DNA from: Coniocarpon cinnabarinum
Lineage: Eukaryota
Length of the DNA: 41,613 nt
NCBI GenBank assembly: GCA_051942205.1
Contig: JAVECO010000076.1
Coordinates: forward strand, 62,001 to 103,613
Direction of reading: 5' to 3'
Every line of letters starts with the position of its first letter. The stretch's first letter is position 1. Shown here piece by piece: positions 23,419 through 34,666 of this stretch. Both the position numbers and the translations under genes were made by a program. The notes under the pieces are model-generated. The model saw nothing but the letters and a program-made list of their open reading frames with translations, had not been told where the DNA came from and searched no databases.

Positions 23419-23703
23419 CTTGTGCGGAGTCTATAGCATTGTCCACAGCCTGATAGCTGCTGCACATCAAAAGGACGCAGGAGTGGCCATTAGAAGTGTT
23501 TCAAGGGAATTCGAGTCAAGACAAGCAATACGAAAGCGAGGAACAAGAGCTTGGCGGAGTCCTCTCCGCCATGTTTTATTTGGTTGCTCCTGCCATTGAC
23601 GGCAATCTTTGCGAAGTTTGGCGCCGCTGATGATGGACAGCAGCATGCTCAACCAGGCGAAATGATGACAGTCGTGGTTTGACAAGGCTTCTGAATCACC
23701 GTT

Positions 23704-24885
23704 ATGTCCACAAAACCTCTGCGCCAAGCTGAATCAAAAGCTTTTCACCACGACCAAACACTCACCGGACAACCTCTCACCCTCACAGAACGCCAGCGAT
23801 TTCTTGAGCCATATCTCCCCGCCGTCCGCGAACCTCTTTCGGAGCAGCAATCCCAGTCTTCAGGCCTGTTTTCCATCCGAAGACCCCACCTGAGACCTCT
23901 CCTTACGCAATTGGTGTACCTCCTCGCGTTCCATCTCATCCAACTCGTTTTCACAGTTTACATCTATACTCGCTGGACGTACCACAATCTTGTTTCATAC
24001 GTGTACAGTATACTATATTACCACCATCGCAGCCCTGAGCTCATTCAAAGAGATGTGCGAAATGTCTCGCGATTACCTGAGCACCTGTCCATTGTGGTGG
24101 ACTTGCAGTCAGAAGACACGAGTGAGCCGGCGGAAGGCCTTGAGAAGCTGATGGCAGATGTGTCGGAGGTTGCGGCGTGGTGTGCTTGCGCCGGTATCAA
24201 GATGCTGAGCGTATACGAGCGGACGGGGATACTAAAGCTGCACATGAGTGCTCTGAATGAGCTATGCAGGAGGACGATGCGAAGCTATTATCCCCCTGAG
24301 AATGCGCCAGGCTTGAGTCTTCGCGCACCATTGCAGCAGTTCTCGCCTGGCGGGTCGAGATCGCCCTCGCCCATCCCCTCCGCATACATGAATGGCCACA
24401 ATGAGAAAGAGTCGCAGCTGGAGTTGCTGCTGTTGAGCATGGGCGATGGCAGAGACACTCTGGTGGATCTGACCAAGACGCTTGCTGAGATGGCACAGAA
24501 GGGCAAGCTCGCTCCTTCTGACATCACGCCTGAACTGATCGACGCAGAGGTCGCCGAGAGCAGCTTTGCTGAGCCAGACTTACTGGTCATCATGGCGCCC
24601 TCGCCGACCTCCTCATTGATTCCGCACAGAAAGAGGCGTAGACGTATGGCGAAGCCCACGGAGCGTCTTGTCAACGGTGCGATCGCTCCCACCGCAAAGG
24701 TCGAGGAGAGTGGCCTACGTAGCCTAAATGGTGGAGGAGGCGAGATTTGCTTACGCGGATATCCTCCATGGCAAGTGCGGCTGACGGAGATATTCTACGT
24801 CAGAGATGGACGCGGAATCGACTATCAAACATTTTTAAAAGCCCTGCACCGTTATGCCAAGGCCGAGTTTCGATTTGGCAGATAG
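23704..24885 (+). CDS. NUS1: Dehydrodolichyl diphosphate synthase complex subunit Nus1 (NgBR-like)
   Basis: YYHHRSPELIQRDV..L..LPEHLS, AAWCACAGIKMLSVYERTGILK, DGRDTLVDLTKTL, EPDLL, GYPPWQVRLTEIF, C-terminal RFGR (RxG motif). Confidence 0.95.
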   Translation: MSTKPLRQAESKAFHHDQTLTGQPLTLTERQRFLEPYLPAVREPLSEQQSQSSGLFSIRRPHLRPLLTQLVYLLAFHLIQLVFTVYIYTRWTYHNLVSYVYSILYYHHRSPELIQRDVRNVSRLPEHLSIVVDLQSEDTSEPAEGLEKLMADVSEVAAWCACAGIKMLSVYERTGILKLHMSALNELCRRTMRSYYPPENAPGLSLRAPLQQFSPGGSRSPSPIPSAYMNGHNEKESQLELLLLSMGDGRDTLVDLTKTLAEMAQKGKLAPSDITPELIDAEVAESSFAEPDLLVIMAPSPTSSLIPHRKRRRRMAKPTERLVNGAIAPTAKVEESGLRSLNGGGGEICLRGYPPWQVRLTEIFYVRDGRGIDYQTFLKALHRYAKAEFRFGR

Positions 24886-25153
24886 GACTGTTGCAGCTAA
24901 GTTGACCAGCAACGTTAGTCCCTGTATTTATAGCAACCTGAAAAAGCACAGCAATAGACGGATTTCATGAACATGGGCAGAAAAGAGTTCTGGTCGTTCA
25001 CCTCGTACATATGGAAGGGATATCTATGACTGTTTGCAAGCGGTCAGAGTAGAATAAAGCCCAGACACCAAAGCCAAATCCACAATTATCATTTCTTCAT
25101 GTCATTAACATATCCGTTGGGGCTATACCCCTGCAACCCCACATCCAAGCAGC

Positions 25154-26386
25154 TCAGGCCGCCACAGCCCGCACAGCACCGTTGAACAGGCGTCGGCGAA
25201 GGCCCAGCCCACTTCTCGTGCCTCGCCGCGAGCCATTGCTAATGTGATCAATACCGGACCAGCCATTAGACTTGATCTTTTCAGCCTCCATGCCAACAGA
25301 GACGCCTGCAGAAAAGCTGAGAGCGCTGACGAGAACGAGGACCCCGGCACTGACGACCCAAGTCAACAAAGTCGGGCTGATGGCTTGGTCGGCTCCGACC
25401 GATCGGAGACGCTTTGCGGCTCGTCTGTCTTTCGAGCTGCTGCGAGATGCTTTCCTCTTGCCTTTCTCTGATGTCATGGAACCATCACTGGGAGACGACG
25501 ACGGTTGTCGAGGGCGTGATGAATTCGATGTTGGTCTGGGTGGTCCTTGGAAGATACGGATACTGTTGGGGTCTACGCGAGCAGATGCTGGCTTTGGACG
25601 TGCCTTAGTGCTGCCTGTTGACGGCTTTGTGGCTGGTGCGGCCTGATCAGAGGGAGATACTCCTTGAGGAGACTCATCGACTCTGGGCAGACTTCGGGCG
25701 GCAGCGGCGCACGATAACAACGTGTTCAAGCTGGCACGTAGGGCAGCGTCATGGTCATGAGGTTGCGAGGGCGACAGAGCAGCATTCAGATGCCGTGCTT
25801 GTTGTGCCGGAAATGAAGCGCGTCGTGACGCAGACCCTGCAGCCGCATTTCGTGACGGAGGAAAGTAGGAACCGGGTACAGACTCCAGACGACTCTCTTG
25901 CGATGCTGGCGGATGTGAGAAAGCATTTGGCTGGGGTGTGAAGCAACTATCATCTCGAGGACGGGTGCCGAGGGCGGTCGCATTTTCGTCGTCGTCATCT
26001 TCGGCGTCAGCGGCCGAGTCAGAATGGTGTTGCGAATGTTCAGCAGAGCTGTGACCGGTAGAGTTGGCTTCATTGGAGGATGTCATCACTCGATCTGATT
26101 CGCTCTCGCTTTCCGTATATTCGTCTTGACTGCTGCTGGTCCGGCTCGCGGATCGAGTATTGTTGGTAGACAAGTGTGGTGGAAGGCTCGACAGAAGTGG
26201 GCGTCGTCGACGTCGCTGGTGCTGCTGAGGCTCCGATCCGCCTACACGCAGACCATGTGTGATGACTTCATCTGTTGCAGATGACAACGAGGCCGAAGAA
26301 TCTCGCGAAGGCACCTCGATCCATGATTCTGTTTTCCGTGTTTTAGTATCCATGATAAATCCGTGATGGGGAGCGGTTCTCGACAT
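25154..26386 (-). CDS. Conserved uncharacterised tail-anchored protein with N-terminal AIM/LIR-like SWIEV (~410 aa)
   Basis: 410-aa ORF: ESWIEV, SSSQDEYTESESESDRVMTSSNE, FTPQPNAFSHPP, DHDAALRASLNTLLSCAAAARSLP, TM ISPTLLTWVVSAGVLVLVSALSFSAGVSVG. A probable 5'-UTR intron starts at 26453 (GTGAGT). Confidence 0.85.
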   Translation of the reverse strand: MSRTAPHHGFIMDTKTRKTESWIEVPSRDSSASLSSATDEVITHGLRVGGSEPQQHQRRRRRPLLSSLPPHLSTNNTRSASRTSSSQDEYTESESESDRVMTSSNEANSTGHSSAEHSQHHSDSAADAEDDDDENATALGTRPRDDSCFTPQPNAFSHPPASQESRLESVPGSYFPPSRNAAAGSASRRASFPAQQARHLNAALSPSQPHDHDAALRASLNTLLSCAAAARSLPRVDESPQGVSPSDQAAPATKPSTGSTKARPKPASARVDPNSIRIFQGPPRPTSNSSRPRQPSSSPSDGSMTSEKGKRKASRSSSKDRRAAKRLRSVGADQAISPTLLTWVVSAGVLVLVSALSFSAGVSVGMEAEKIKSNGWSGIDHISNGSRRGTRSGLGLRRRLFNGAVRAVAA

Positions 26387-27558
26387 CTATCCTAGGACAA
26401 AGCCAAGTTTTACACGAAGAAAAGAAAGATAGCATTGAGGAGTAGCCACTCACCAGCGTTCCTCCGAAAAGGAGCAGAAACTGAGGCGTTGGAGGTAGGG
26501 GCTGATGTGGAAGCGTGACTTAGGGTAGCTGATGCAGCTTGTCGCCTGGTACGGGTCTCCCCAGGGAGATCATGCGGAGTCAAAGCCATTGATCGGTAAG
26601 ATTGTGGTACGTGCGAGGGTCATGCGCTTCTCTTTCTACATTCGCGTTCGGGTCCGTTCTAGCGAGTTGGGGACGAGATGGGATCAAATTCGTCGCATGG
26701 TACGATATTCGCGTGTAGGTCGAGTCCAGAAAAAGAGGTGTGCAAAGACAGAGACAACGAACGAGAAGCAGGATGAACAGCGCTGAATAGCTGAACTAAC
26801 GACGGGATATGGACGAGGACCCTGCAGGGTAAGGCTCAGGAACAGCGGACAGTAGGCGTCTTGCGTTGGCGAAGGGATGGAGTCGGAGAGATGAGAGCCG
26901 GCGAGAGGTACAAAGTACACAGCAGGTGCATGACCATCGATACTACGGCCGCCTAGACGCAGATGGGAGTGGGAACGGAGAGGCGTGTAAGGTGGTGGTC
27001 GTGGTGTGGGATCGTGGGGTTGGGCGCGGCCATCTGACTTCGTCACATCGATAAGCTGCTTCCGGCTTAGTCTCCTTCGCACATCATATCCCATTTCGTC
27101 ATCTGATCATTTATTCGTGTGCCTCGTTATGGAGGCATTCGATACAGTCACGTGATATCAGATCAGGGGAACTTGGAAATTCCAGCACTAGGGTCAGAAA
27201 GGATCGCAGAGGAATATGACTGCATTCAAGGGCGTATACGTACCTCAAGGCGATTAATCTTCAGAAAACATACACTGATTAGCCCTTGAACACAAAGTAA
27301 CAGGTGCGAGTTTGACTTTTCCGATCCTACATATGATTCCTCAAAACCGAACAAGACACAAAGGGACCTTGAGGGAATGTGTAGACAAGCTTTCGGATCT
27401 CTACCACAAACGCCGCGTCGTCCCGCGAAATCAAGATAAAAAAAAGCCTTGCCCATCCAAAACCAACGTCATAATCATCTCATATTAGTAGTACAAGTGA
27501 CTCAGATGGAACCGATGGCAATGCGAAAACTTGGGTAGCGAGTTGGACAATAGAAGCT

Positions 27559-29386
27559 CTAGAATGTCATCTTGGAGCCAGAGAAGTCGCCGAAGCCACC
27601 TGTATCACTTGGTCAGCACAGTTTCTCACACCATCCCTATAACAGGATCAAGCCATACCGCGATTGGTTGATGCACCACGACCGCCGCCTCGTCCGCCTC
27701 GGCCACCACGTCCACGGTCACCTCCACCGCGGCCTCCACGACCGCCACCGAAACCTCCACCACGACCACCTCCAAAACCACCTCCACGACCGCCCCGGAA
27801 GCCACCTCGTCCACCACCGCCACCGTTCTGATCACGAGGAGTAGCGTAATCGAGGCGGACGGCGCGACCTTCAATGCTCGAGCCATTCAGGGCCTCCAGT
27901 GCTTGCTTTGCTTCGTCCACGCTGCCCATATCAACGTAGGCAAAGCCTTTGAGCTCTCCAGTGTCTCTGTCGGTCGGCAATGAAACGCGAGTAACGCTAC
28001 CGTACTCTTCAAATGTAGACTGGAGCACCTCCGCGGTGACACTGAAAGCGACATTGCCACACCAGATCGTCGCAGAGGGGTTGCTCTTGACGTCACCAAA
28101 CCTCTGCGCGCGATCATTCATGCTGCTCTTGCGGTCTGTATTGCCACCATCAGGTCGACCTGATGTATAGTCGACATTCAACTCGCGACCATCTAGCTCG
28201 TTGCCCTTCATCTCGTCATGTGCTTTGACAGCGTCCTCAATGGCAGTGAACTCAACAAAGCCGAAGCCTTTAGACTTGCCCGAGTCACGCTGCGTCATGA
28301 CATTGGCACGAACCACATCACCAAATTGACCGAATGCTTGACCCAGGAAGCTGTCATCAACGCCCCACGACAAGTTTCCAACAAAAAGTGTCTTTGCAGC
28401 ATTGGAGGGAAGATCTGTCTTTGTCTTCTTCGCGCTAGGCTCGTCAGACGATTCTGCCTTGCGTTTCTTCGAGACCGACATCTCCGGCTCCGGTTCAGCT
28501 TCACTTTCATCATCGCTCTCAGAGCCTTCAGACTCATCGGAAGCATCTGAGGACTCATCTTTTTTTCCTGCACCATTAACAGCGGCACCTCTCTTCTCCT
28601 TTTGGGCCGCAGCAGGTTTGCTCTTCTCGTTTTCGGACTCATCGTCTGCACTACTATCGTCCCCTGAACCCTCAGAGCTTTCATCTTCCGAAGAAGATGC
28701 GTCTTCCTTGGACGTACCATTCATTGCAGGGGCCTTCGCAGATTTCTGGGCGACTGCAGGCTTGGACTTGTCATCTTCAGACTCGTCCTCGCTATCGGAC
28801 TCACTCTCACTTGATGACTTGGAAGCTTTTGGCTGAGCCTTCGCAGCCTGCTTGCTTGATTTGTTTGCCTTAGCCTTAGCACCGTCAGACTCGGAGCTGG
28901 CACTAGACTCGCTGTCCGAAGCACTATCAGATTCATCGGACTCAGCGTCTGCTCCAGCAGAGGGAGCAGTCACTTTCCCATTCGTAGCAGCTTTAGCACT
29001 GGCAAGGCCGTTGGCCTTTAGGGGCCTAGACGGCTTGGCTTCTGCTTCAGATTCAGAGCTTGCGCTCGAGGACTCATTCTCAGACGCGGAGCTTTCGCTG
29101 TCGTCTTCGCTGTCATCCTCGCTTTCAGACTCAGGCTCGGGTGTAGGCTCTTTTTTAGACTTCTTGCTCTTCCTGTCACTTTTCGGGGCGACAGCAGCGG
29201 CGTTCGCGGCGACTTTCTTGCTTGCCAACTTTGGTGGATCCGCAGACTTCGTGACGCGGCCCTCTTTTACCTTGTCTGTGCAGATTGTTTGAGTCTTGTA
29301 GACAGTAACGACGAGCCAGCTCAATGTAACTTACCACCGCTCGAGGATTTGCCATTGTTAGGCGCGACAGCTTTAGTTTTGGACAT
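27559..29386 (-). CDS. NSR1: Nucleolin-like protein Nsr1/Gar2 (~569 aa)
   Basis: Acidic/Ser-rich N-terminus, two RRMs (LFVGNLSW, KGFGFVEF; WCGNVAF, KGFAYVDM), GAR domain, end GGFGDFSGSKMTF. Start MSKTKAVAP at 29386; introns 29334-29276 and 27658-27600. Confidence 0.95.
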
Positions 29387-29680
29387 TGTGTCAACTCTGA
29401 GCAATTCAAGTGTCAGGAAAGCGCCAGCGGTGGGTCTGAAGCACAATTAGGAAAGCAGCAAGAAAGAGCAATGAGTGGCGCACCCAAAGATAAGCTTCAG
29501 AAGCTGAGTGGACACTTGTGCGACGCACGGACAGAACGAGCTTTTACGTACCAGAGATGCACTGATATCTACGCTGAAGCTGCAAAGGTAAGTTATGCAG
29601 GTATAGGAGGACAGAGTGATCGGGGACAATCGAGAAGAGAGGTAAATGTTAGGGCCGGGAAAAATTGCCCTCTTCTTAGC

Positions 29681-29696
29681 CACCAAAATTTTGGTG
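29681..29696. promoter_or_regulatory. Perfect 16-bp palindrome CACCAAAATTTTGGTG in the NSR1/ALG6 divergent promoter
   Basis: Read directly. It contains an RRPE-like AAAATTTT core, and a second RRPE-like GAAAAATTG lies at ~29659-29667. Confidence 0.5.
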
Positions 29697-29904
29697 AGCT
29701 CCACTCATTGGAGACTAGCGCAAACTGTAGCGGGGCGGCATGTTTACATGTCAGTGCTCCCAGTCTGGTCCTCTAGCCTCCCTGTTATTTCGCAATCAAG
29801 TCCATACTTGCGGCTTCGAGGATAGAGCGTTACAAGGCTGATCTCAGGACGCACTGATCTGATTTGCTTAGTTTTCGATTTTGAACCGGTTATGCTTGGT
29901 CAGG

Positions 29905-31743
29905 ATGCGCCAATCACCCTCGCCAGCACACAAACCTCGAAAGAGACTCAAGCCGAACGATAACAACCAACGGTTAAGGACACCAAGTCCGTTGAGGTCC
30001 AGCACTCTGGTATCTAGTGCAGCTACTCAGAAGCCTGCGTATCCCCTTGCTTCGTTCTTGTGGCCTGCACGAAGTACAGTCTCAAGATGGGCTGTTGTCC
30101 CCTTGATCCTCATCTTCGCTGGGCTCTTCCGCTGGACCACCGGACTATGGGATTATTCAGGCACAGGTACTTTGCCGCTTTATGGGGACTTTGAGGCACA
30201 GCGTCATTGGATGGAGGTGACCACCAATCTTCCAACATCTCAGTGGTATTTTCACGAATTGCAGTGGTGGGGACTAGACTATCCACCCTTGACCGCGTAC
30301 CACAGCTGGCTCTGTGGCAAGATGTAAGCACGTCGTGGGCACGGACTTATAAACTTTAGATTATATAAGCTTATCAAGAACAGTGGATTCGTCTTCAATC
30401 GGTCATGGTTTGCTCTTCGCACGTCTCGAGGGCTAGAGACGCCGCTTCTCAAGGTCTATATGAGGGCCACAGTGATTATCTCCGAGTATTTGACTTACAT
30501 TCCAGCCCTCGTGATATTCGTCCGAAGTTTCTCACAGAGACTGCACATCAGCAATTGGCAGTCATGTGTGGCATTGACTGCGATTCTCTTCCAGCCAGCC
30601 ACGATCCTTGTTGATCATGGTCATTTTCAGTACAACACGACTATGCTCGGATTGGTCCTTGCAAGCATGGCTTGCATGGTCAGCAATCATTTCTTGTGGT
30701 CTTGCGGCTTCTTTGTAGCTGCTTTGGGTTTCAAACAGATGGCGCTGTATTACGCCCCTGTCGTATTTGCATATTTGTTGGGCTCCTGCATCTCTCCTCG
30801 AATCAACTTCTCTCGACTTGCCCTAATTAGTCTCGCAACACTAATCTCGCTCGCACTCTTATTCGTTCCTCTTACCTTAGGCACATTGTACGACCAATAC
30901 CGCGGCATCTCAATGAAGGAACTCGAAGAGCCACCCTTACTATCAGCACTGAAGCTAAATCCGAAGGCATACTACTATCCTACCATATTGCAATTAGCAC
31001 AAATAGTCCACCGCGTCTTCCCTTTTCAGCGAGGAGTTTTTGAAGACAAAGTCGCGAACTTCTGGTGCTCAGCACACACTTTCCACAAACTTCACAAGTA
31101 TCCTACGGGGCTTCTTCAACAGGTCTCTCTAGCTGCAACACTGGGAGCAGTCATACCACCAAGCCTTCTGATTGGCGTTTCGCCAGACTGGAGAAAGCTC
31201 CCGTCAGCGCTTGCAGCATCGGCATGGGGCTTCTTCCTCTTTTCTTTCCAAGTGCATGAGAAGAGTGTATTGCTTCCGTTGTTACCAATGACTCTACTTC
31301 TGGCTGATCGGAATGGCACTGAAGCAGAGACGCGTGCATGGGTTGGATGGGCAAATACGTTGGCCAGCTGGACCTTGTTTCCCTTGCTCAAGCGCGACGG
31401 GCTACGGATGCCATACACAGTACTGACACTGCTGTGGACCTGGCTCCTTGGGCAGCCAGCGGTCTTGTTTGCTACAGACATGCCCTCAGGACCCACGCAG
31501 CTTCTACATGGGTTGTTTTACGCCACGATGCTAGCATGGCATATCGGAGAGCAATTCCTAGAACCGCCTGAAGGCAAACCGGACTTTTGGGTGGTAATCA
31601 ACGTGCTCATAGGGGCTGCAGGATTCGGCATCTGTTACTTGTGGTGTTTGTGGCAGCTTTTGCCTGAGTCGCTCAGAGTCAAGTACCCCGAGGATCTATC
31701 ACATGGGAAGGCCATTAGGAAGCCGTCAAAGAAGGCGCAATAG
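29905..31743 (+). CDS. ALG6: Dolichyl-PP-Man9GlcNAc2 alpha-1,3-glucosyltransferase Alg6 (~592 aa)
   Basis: GDFEAQRHWMEVT, WGLDYPPLTAYHSW, DHGHFQYN, FKQMALYY, FPFQRGVFEDKVANFWC, FQVHEKSVLLP, C-terminal KKAQ ER-retrieval motif. Intron 30324-30383. Confidence 0.97.
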
Positions 31744-31915
31744 GTCGCAAATCACATGTCAGAGTGGTGAGCTCTTCCTCTTGATACCCACTCATGTTGT
31801 TACGTGTCAAAACCCAAACATAATAATACAGTCTATTCTCGCCAGGATGGGTATCCTTCGCCAGGTAAATGCGCAAATGAATGCTAGATTGCGTAGCTCA
31901 TAGAAAACTTTGTTG

Positions 31916-32309
31916 TCATACGGTGAACCCGTAGCTTGCCATACAACTCCTGTATTTCGACATTATGGGCTCACAATCTTTTTGCGGATCATCGGCATTT
32001 GAGAAGAGCATGCATTCATCGCGTTGAGACTTCTCGTCCTTGCAGACGCAGCATGGCTGCGCTTTAGTCAGTGAATGAAATGCTTGTAACAGAGCTTTGG
32101 AGAAAAGGTTGACCTTCACTTGACCGGCGGTGTCGCCTTGTGGTTTGAGTTCTGAAGCCATGTTCGACGTTGTGACTGTGGTTGATGTGCTTGCAGCTGA
32201 CGGAGAGGTTAGCATGATGTTGAGAAGAGCTGAGGCATAACATACTGCCTTTTGAATCCGCTCGGGAGTCCATTGCTTGCGACGATGATCCAGAAAACCA
32301 CGACATCAT
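31916..32309 (-). CDS. COX17: Cytochrome c oxidase copper chaperone Cox17 (~95 aa)
   Basis: KPCCVCKDEKSQRDEC...C...YRSCMASYGF (CCxC plus twin CX9C). Introns 32245-32197 and 32113-32057. Confidence 0.95.
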
Positions 32310-32568
32310 GAGCTCAAATGCGATTTTGTGAGAAGTAGAATGAGAAGGCGAAAGATTTCAGGTCAACATACTCCGTGATTTACATCACGTCAACATCCAC
32401 ATCTACACTTTTTGCTTACCCAGCCGAGGCTCATGTCTTTCGGCCGACAGATCATGCCCACCTTTTTGCAACCAACAATTTGCTACGCTGAACTATCCCA
32501 GTGGGTAAACAATGCAGATTGTACTCCGCAGAGACACCACGGAGTGACAAGAGAGCGTATTTACCGCA

Positions 32569-33855
32569 ATGACCTCAAAATTCACACTATCGACATCTGG
32601 TACTTTGAAATTCGGCACCGATTCAGACGTCTCGCTACATGTGCAACCCCTCCAAGAGAATCCCACAACGATAACCACGCTTGATCTTTCCGGCACGTCA
32701 CTTGGTGTCTCCGCCTGTACATACCTGGCGACGCTTGTACCCAACTTGTCCAACCTCACACATGCCAACCTTGCTGATATCTTTACATCCCGCCTGTTGT
32801 CTGAGATACCTCCAGCTATTGACGCACTCCTCACATCTCTTCTTCAACTCCCACAGCTCCGAACTGTAAACCTCAGTGACAATGCTTTCGGTCTTAACAC
32901 AGCCAGTCCGTTGGTCAAATACCTCGAAAAGGCTACGAGCCTGCGCCACCTGATCCTCCAAAATAATGGGCTAGGCCCTGAAGCGGGGACGTTGGTCGCA
33001 AATGCACTTACAAGATTGGCGGAGGCAAAGAGCAAAAGCAGCGATACAGAACATCAATGCCAACTTGAGACGATCATATGTGGTCGCAATCGGCTGGAGA
33101 ATGGCTCAATGACAGCATGGGCGCAAGCGGTGCAGACGCACGGAAAGAGACTAAGGGAAATCAAGATGGTACAGAACGGAATTAGACAAGAGGGCATTCA
33201 GGTTCTACTCAGGGATGGGTTGCGGCATTGTGAAGAGCTCAGGGTGCTTGATCTGCAAGATAACACATTCACGAAAACGGGCGCGAGAGCTTTGTCAGAA
33301 GTTCTGACACGGTGGACGCAGCTGCAAGAGATGGGCGTAAGCGACTGTTTGTTAAGTGCAAGAGGTATGGTGCTGGTGGGCGAAGCTTTGCAGAAGGGCA
33401 GCAACAAATCTTTGGAAGTGTGCAAGCTGCAGTATGATGAGATCGACACGAGGGGCTTGAACGCGCTTGTGGCTGCAGCTGAAAGCGGGGCCTTGCCAGC
33501 GTTGAGGAGGGTCGAGCTGAATGGCAACGTACTGGCCGAGGAAGACCCTAGCATTGAAAAGCTACGTGACCTGCTAAATGAGCGACGAGAAAAGGCTGGA
33601 AAGGGAGACGAACCAGATCCGGACGATGATTGGGGGTTGGACGAGCTGGATGAACTCGAGGAGCCTGAGAGCGAGGCTGAGGACGATGAGAAGGAAGCAG
33701 ACGACGAAGGCGAGGAGATTGACAAGCGAGAAGCAGCAGACAAGGGCGAGAGGGAGCTGAAGCAGGTGGATGAGGCGGAGAATGAGAATGTGTCGCCAGC
33801 GAAAGACGCGGAAGTCGATGCATTGGCGGACAAGCTGGGCAAGACTGGACTGTAG
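32569..33855 (+). CDS. RNA1: Ran GTPase-activating protein 1
   Basis: LRRs with ADIFTSRLLSEIP, NLSDNAFG, LQNNGLGP, ICGRNRLENGS, MVQNGIR, LDLQDNTFT; acidic C-terminal tail. Confidence 0.96.
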   Translation: MTSKFTLSTSGTLKFGTDSDVSLHVQPLQENPTTITTLDLSGTSLGVSACTYLATLVPNLSNLTHANLADIFTSRLLSEIPPAIDALLTSLLQLPQLRTVNLSDNAFGLNTASPLVKYLEKATSLRHLILQNNGLGPEAGTLVANALTRLAEAKSKSSDTEHQCQLETIICGRNRLENGSMTAWAQAVQTHGKRLREIKMVQNGIRQEGIQVLLRDGLRHCEELRVLDLQDNTFTKTGARALSEVLTRWTQLQEMGVSDCLLSARGMVLVGEALQKGSNKSLEVCKLQYDEIDTRGLNALVAAAESGALPALRRVELNGNVLAEEDPSIEKLRDLLNERREKAGKGDEPDPDDDWGLDELDELEEPESEAEDDEKEADDEGEEIDKREAADKGERELKQVDEAENENVSPAKDAEVDALADKLGKTGL

Positions 33856-33997
33856 CCACAGCCTGCGTTTCTCATGCTGTCTCGACCAGAGACTCTTCAA
33901 TGATACCACATAGATTTCTGACCGAACCAAATGCCTTGTTTTCGGTACAGTCATGCTCTTCAGCCACTGTGTTCCACCCTTTCTGCCTGCCTCTCGA

Positions 33998-34666
33998 TCA
34001 CCGCATACTCGACAAGAAGTTCCTCTCTTTGATCCCTTGTCTCCTCTTCTCCCTCATCCTCCGGCTCAATTCTCTCCTTTCCTCCTCGCCCCCTTCCAAA
34101 TCCACACTCTGCTCATAAATCGGCACCTGCAACTCCTCTCCCTCTCCCTTCTCCATAGCCGCCTTCCTCGCTCGCTTGTTCGCCGCCCGTCGACTTCTAG
34201 CGCTCTTCGCAAACAACCGCGGATCTTTCGTGTCCGCAGCCGCTTCGGTGGATTTGGGTTCGTCCAACAACGTCCATAGCCAGTCAGGATACTCGTGGTC
34301 TTCAAGTGCGATCGGGTCCGAGCCGTTCTTCATGTAATTGAGACCTCGCAGGGGCGTGCCGGCTAGGACGCAGGATTTCGGAGTAGGCGGTGGGTCAGAG
34401 GCTGCGGGGGAGCTGGAAGTGCCGACGGTGGAGGGACTGGGTGTGTCTTTGGCGGAGAAAGGCTGGGCGGCGCTGGTGGAAGTTGCGGCTGGGCGCTCTC
34501 GCTGGGGCGTTGATTGTGTGGCTGCGTTTGGTGAGGCTGTCTTGGAATCGCGGAGGAGCGCGGAGGAGGTCAAGCTGCGAGCAGATCTGCTGGTGGCTAT
34601 TTGAGAGGCACTGGTGGTGGTTGAGAGGAGGGACGTCGCGCGGCGGAGACACCGGGCGCAAATCAT
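33998..34666 (-). CDS. MRPL37: Mitochondrial large-subunit ribosomal protein mL54 (yeast MrpL37)
   Basis: GTPLRGLNYMKNGSDPIALEDHEYPDWLWTLLD and C-terminal RRQGIKERNFLSSM. Presequence MICARCLRR from ATG 34666. Confidence 0.9.
   Translation of the reverse strand: MICARCLRRATSLLSTTTSASQIATSRSARSLTSSALLRDSKTASPNAATQSTPQRERPAATSTSAAQPFSAKDTPSPSTVGTSSSPAASDPPPTPKSCVLAGTPLRGLNYMKNGSDPIALEDHEYPDWLWTLLDEPKSTEAAADTKDPRLFAKSARSRRAANKRARKAAMEKGEGEELQVPIYEQSVDLEGGEEERRELSRRMREKRRQGIKERNFLSSMR

Noticed and set aside
27700..27830. CCA/CCG-rich quasi-tandem repeat
   Set aside because: It is the coding sequence of the Nsr1 RGG/GAR domain, not an independent repeat.
33198..33875. 225-aa Ser-rich antisense ORF (similar shadows lie over SEC10, NSR1 and hapB)
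   Set aside because: Reverse-strand consequence of acidic or biased codons in the real genes.
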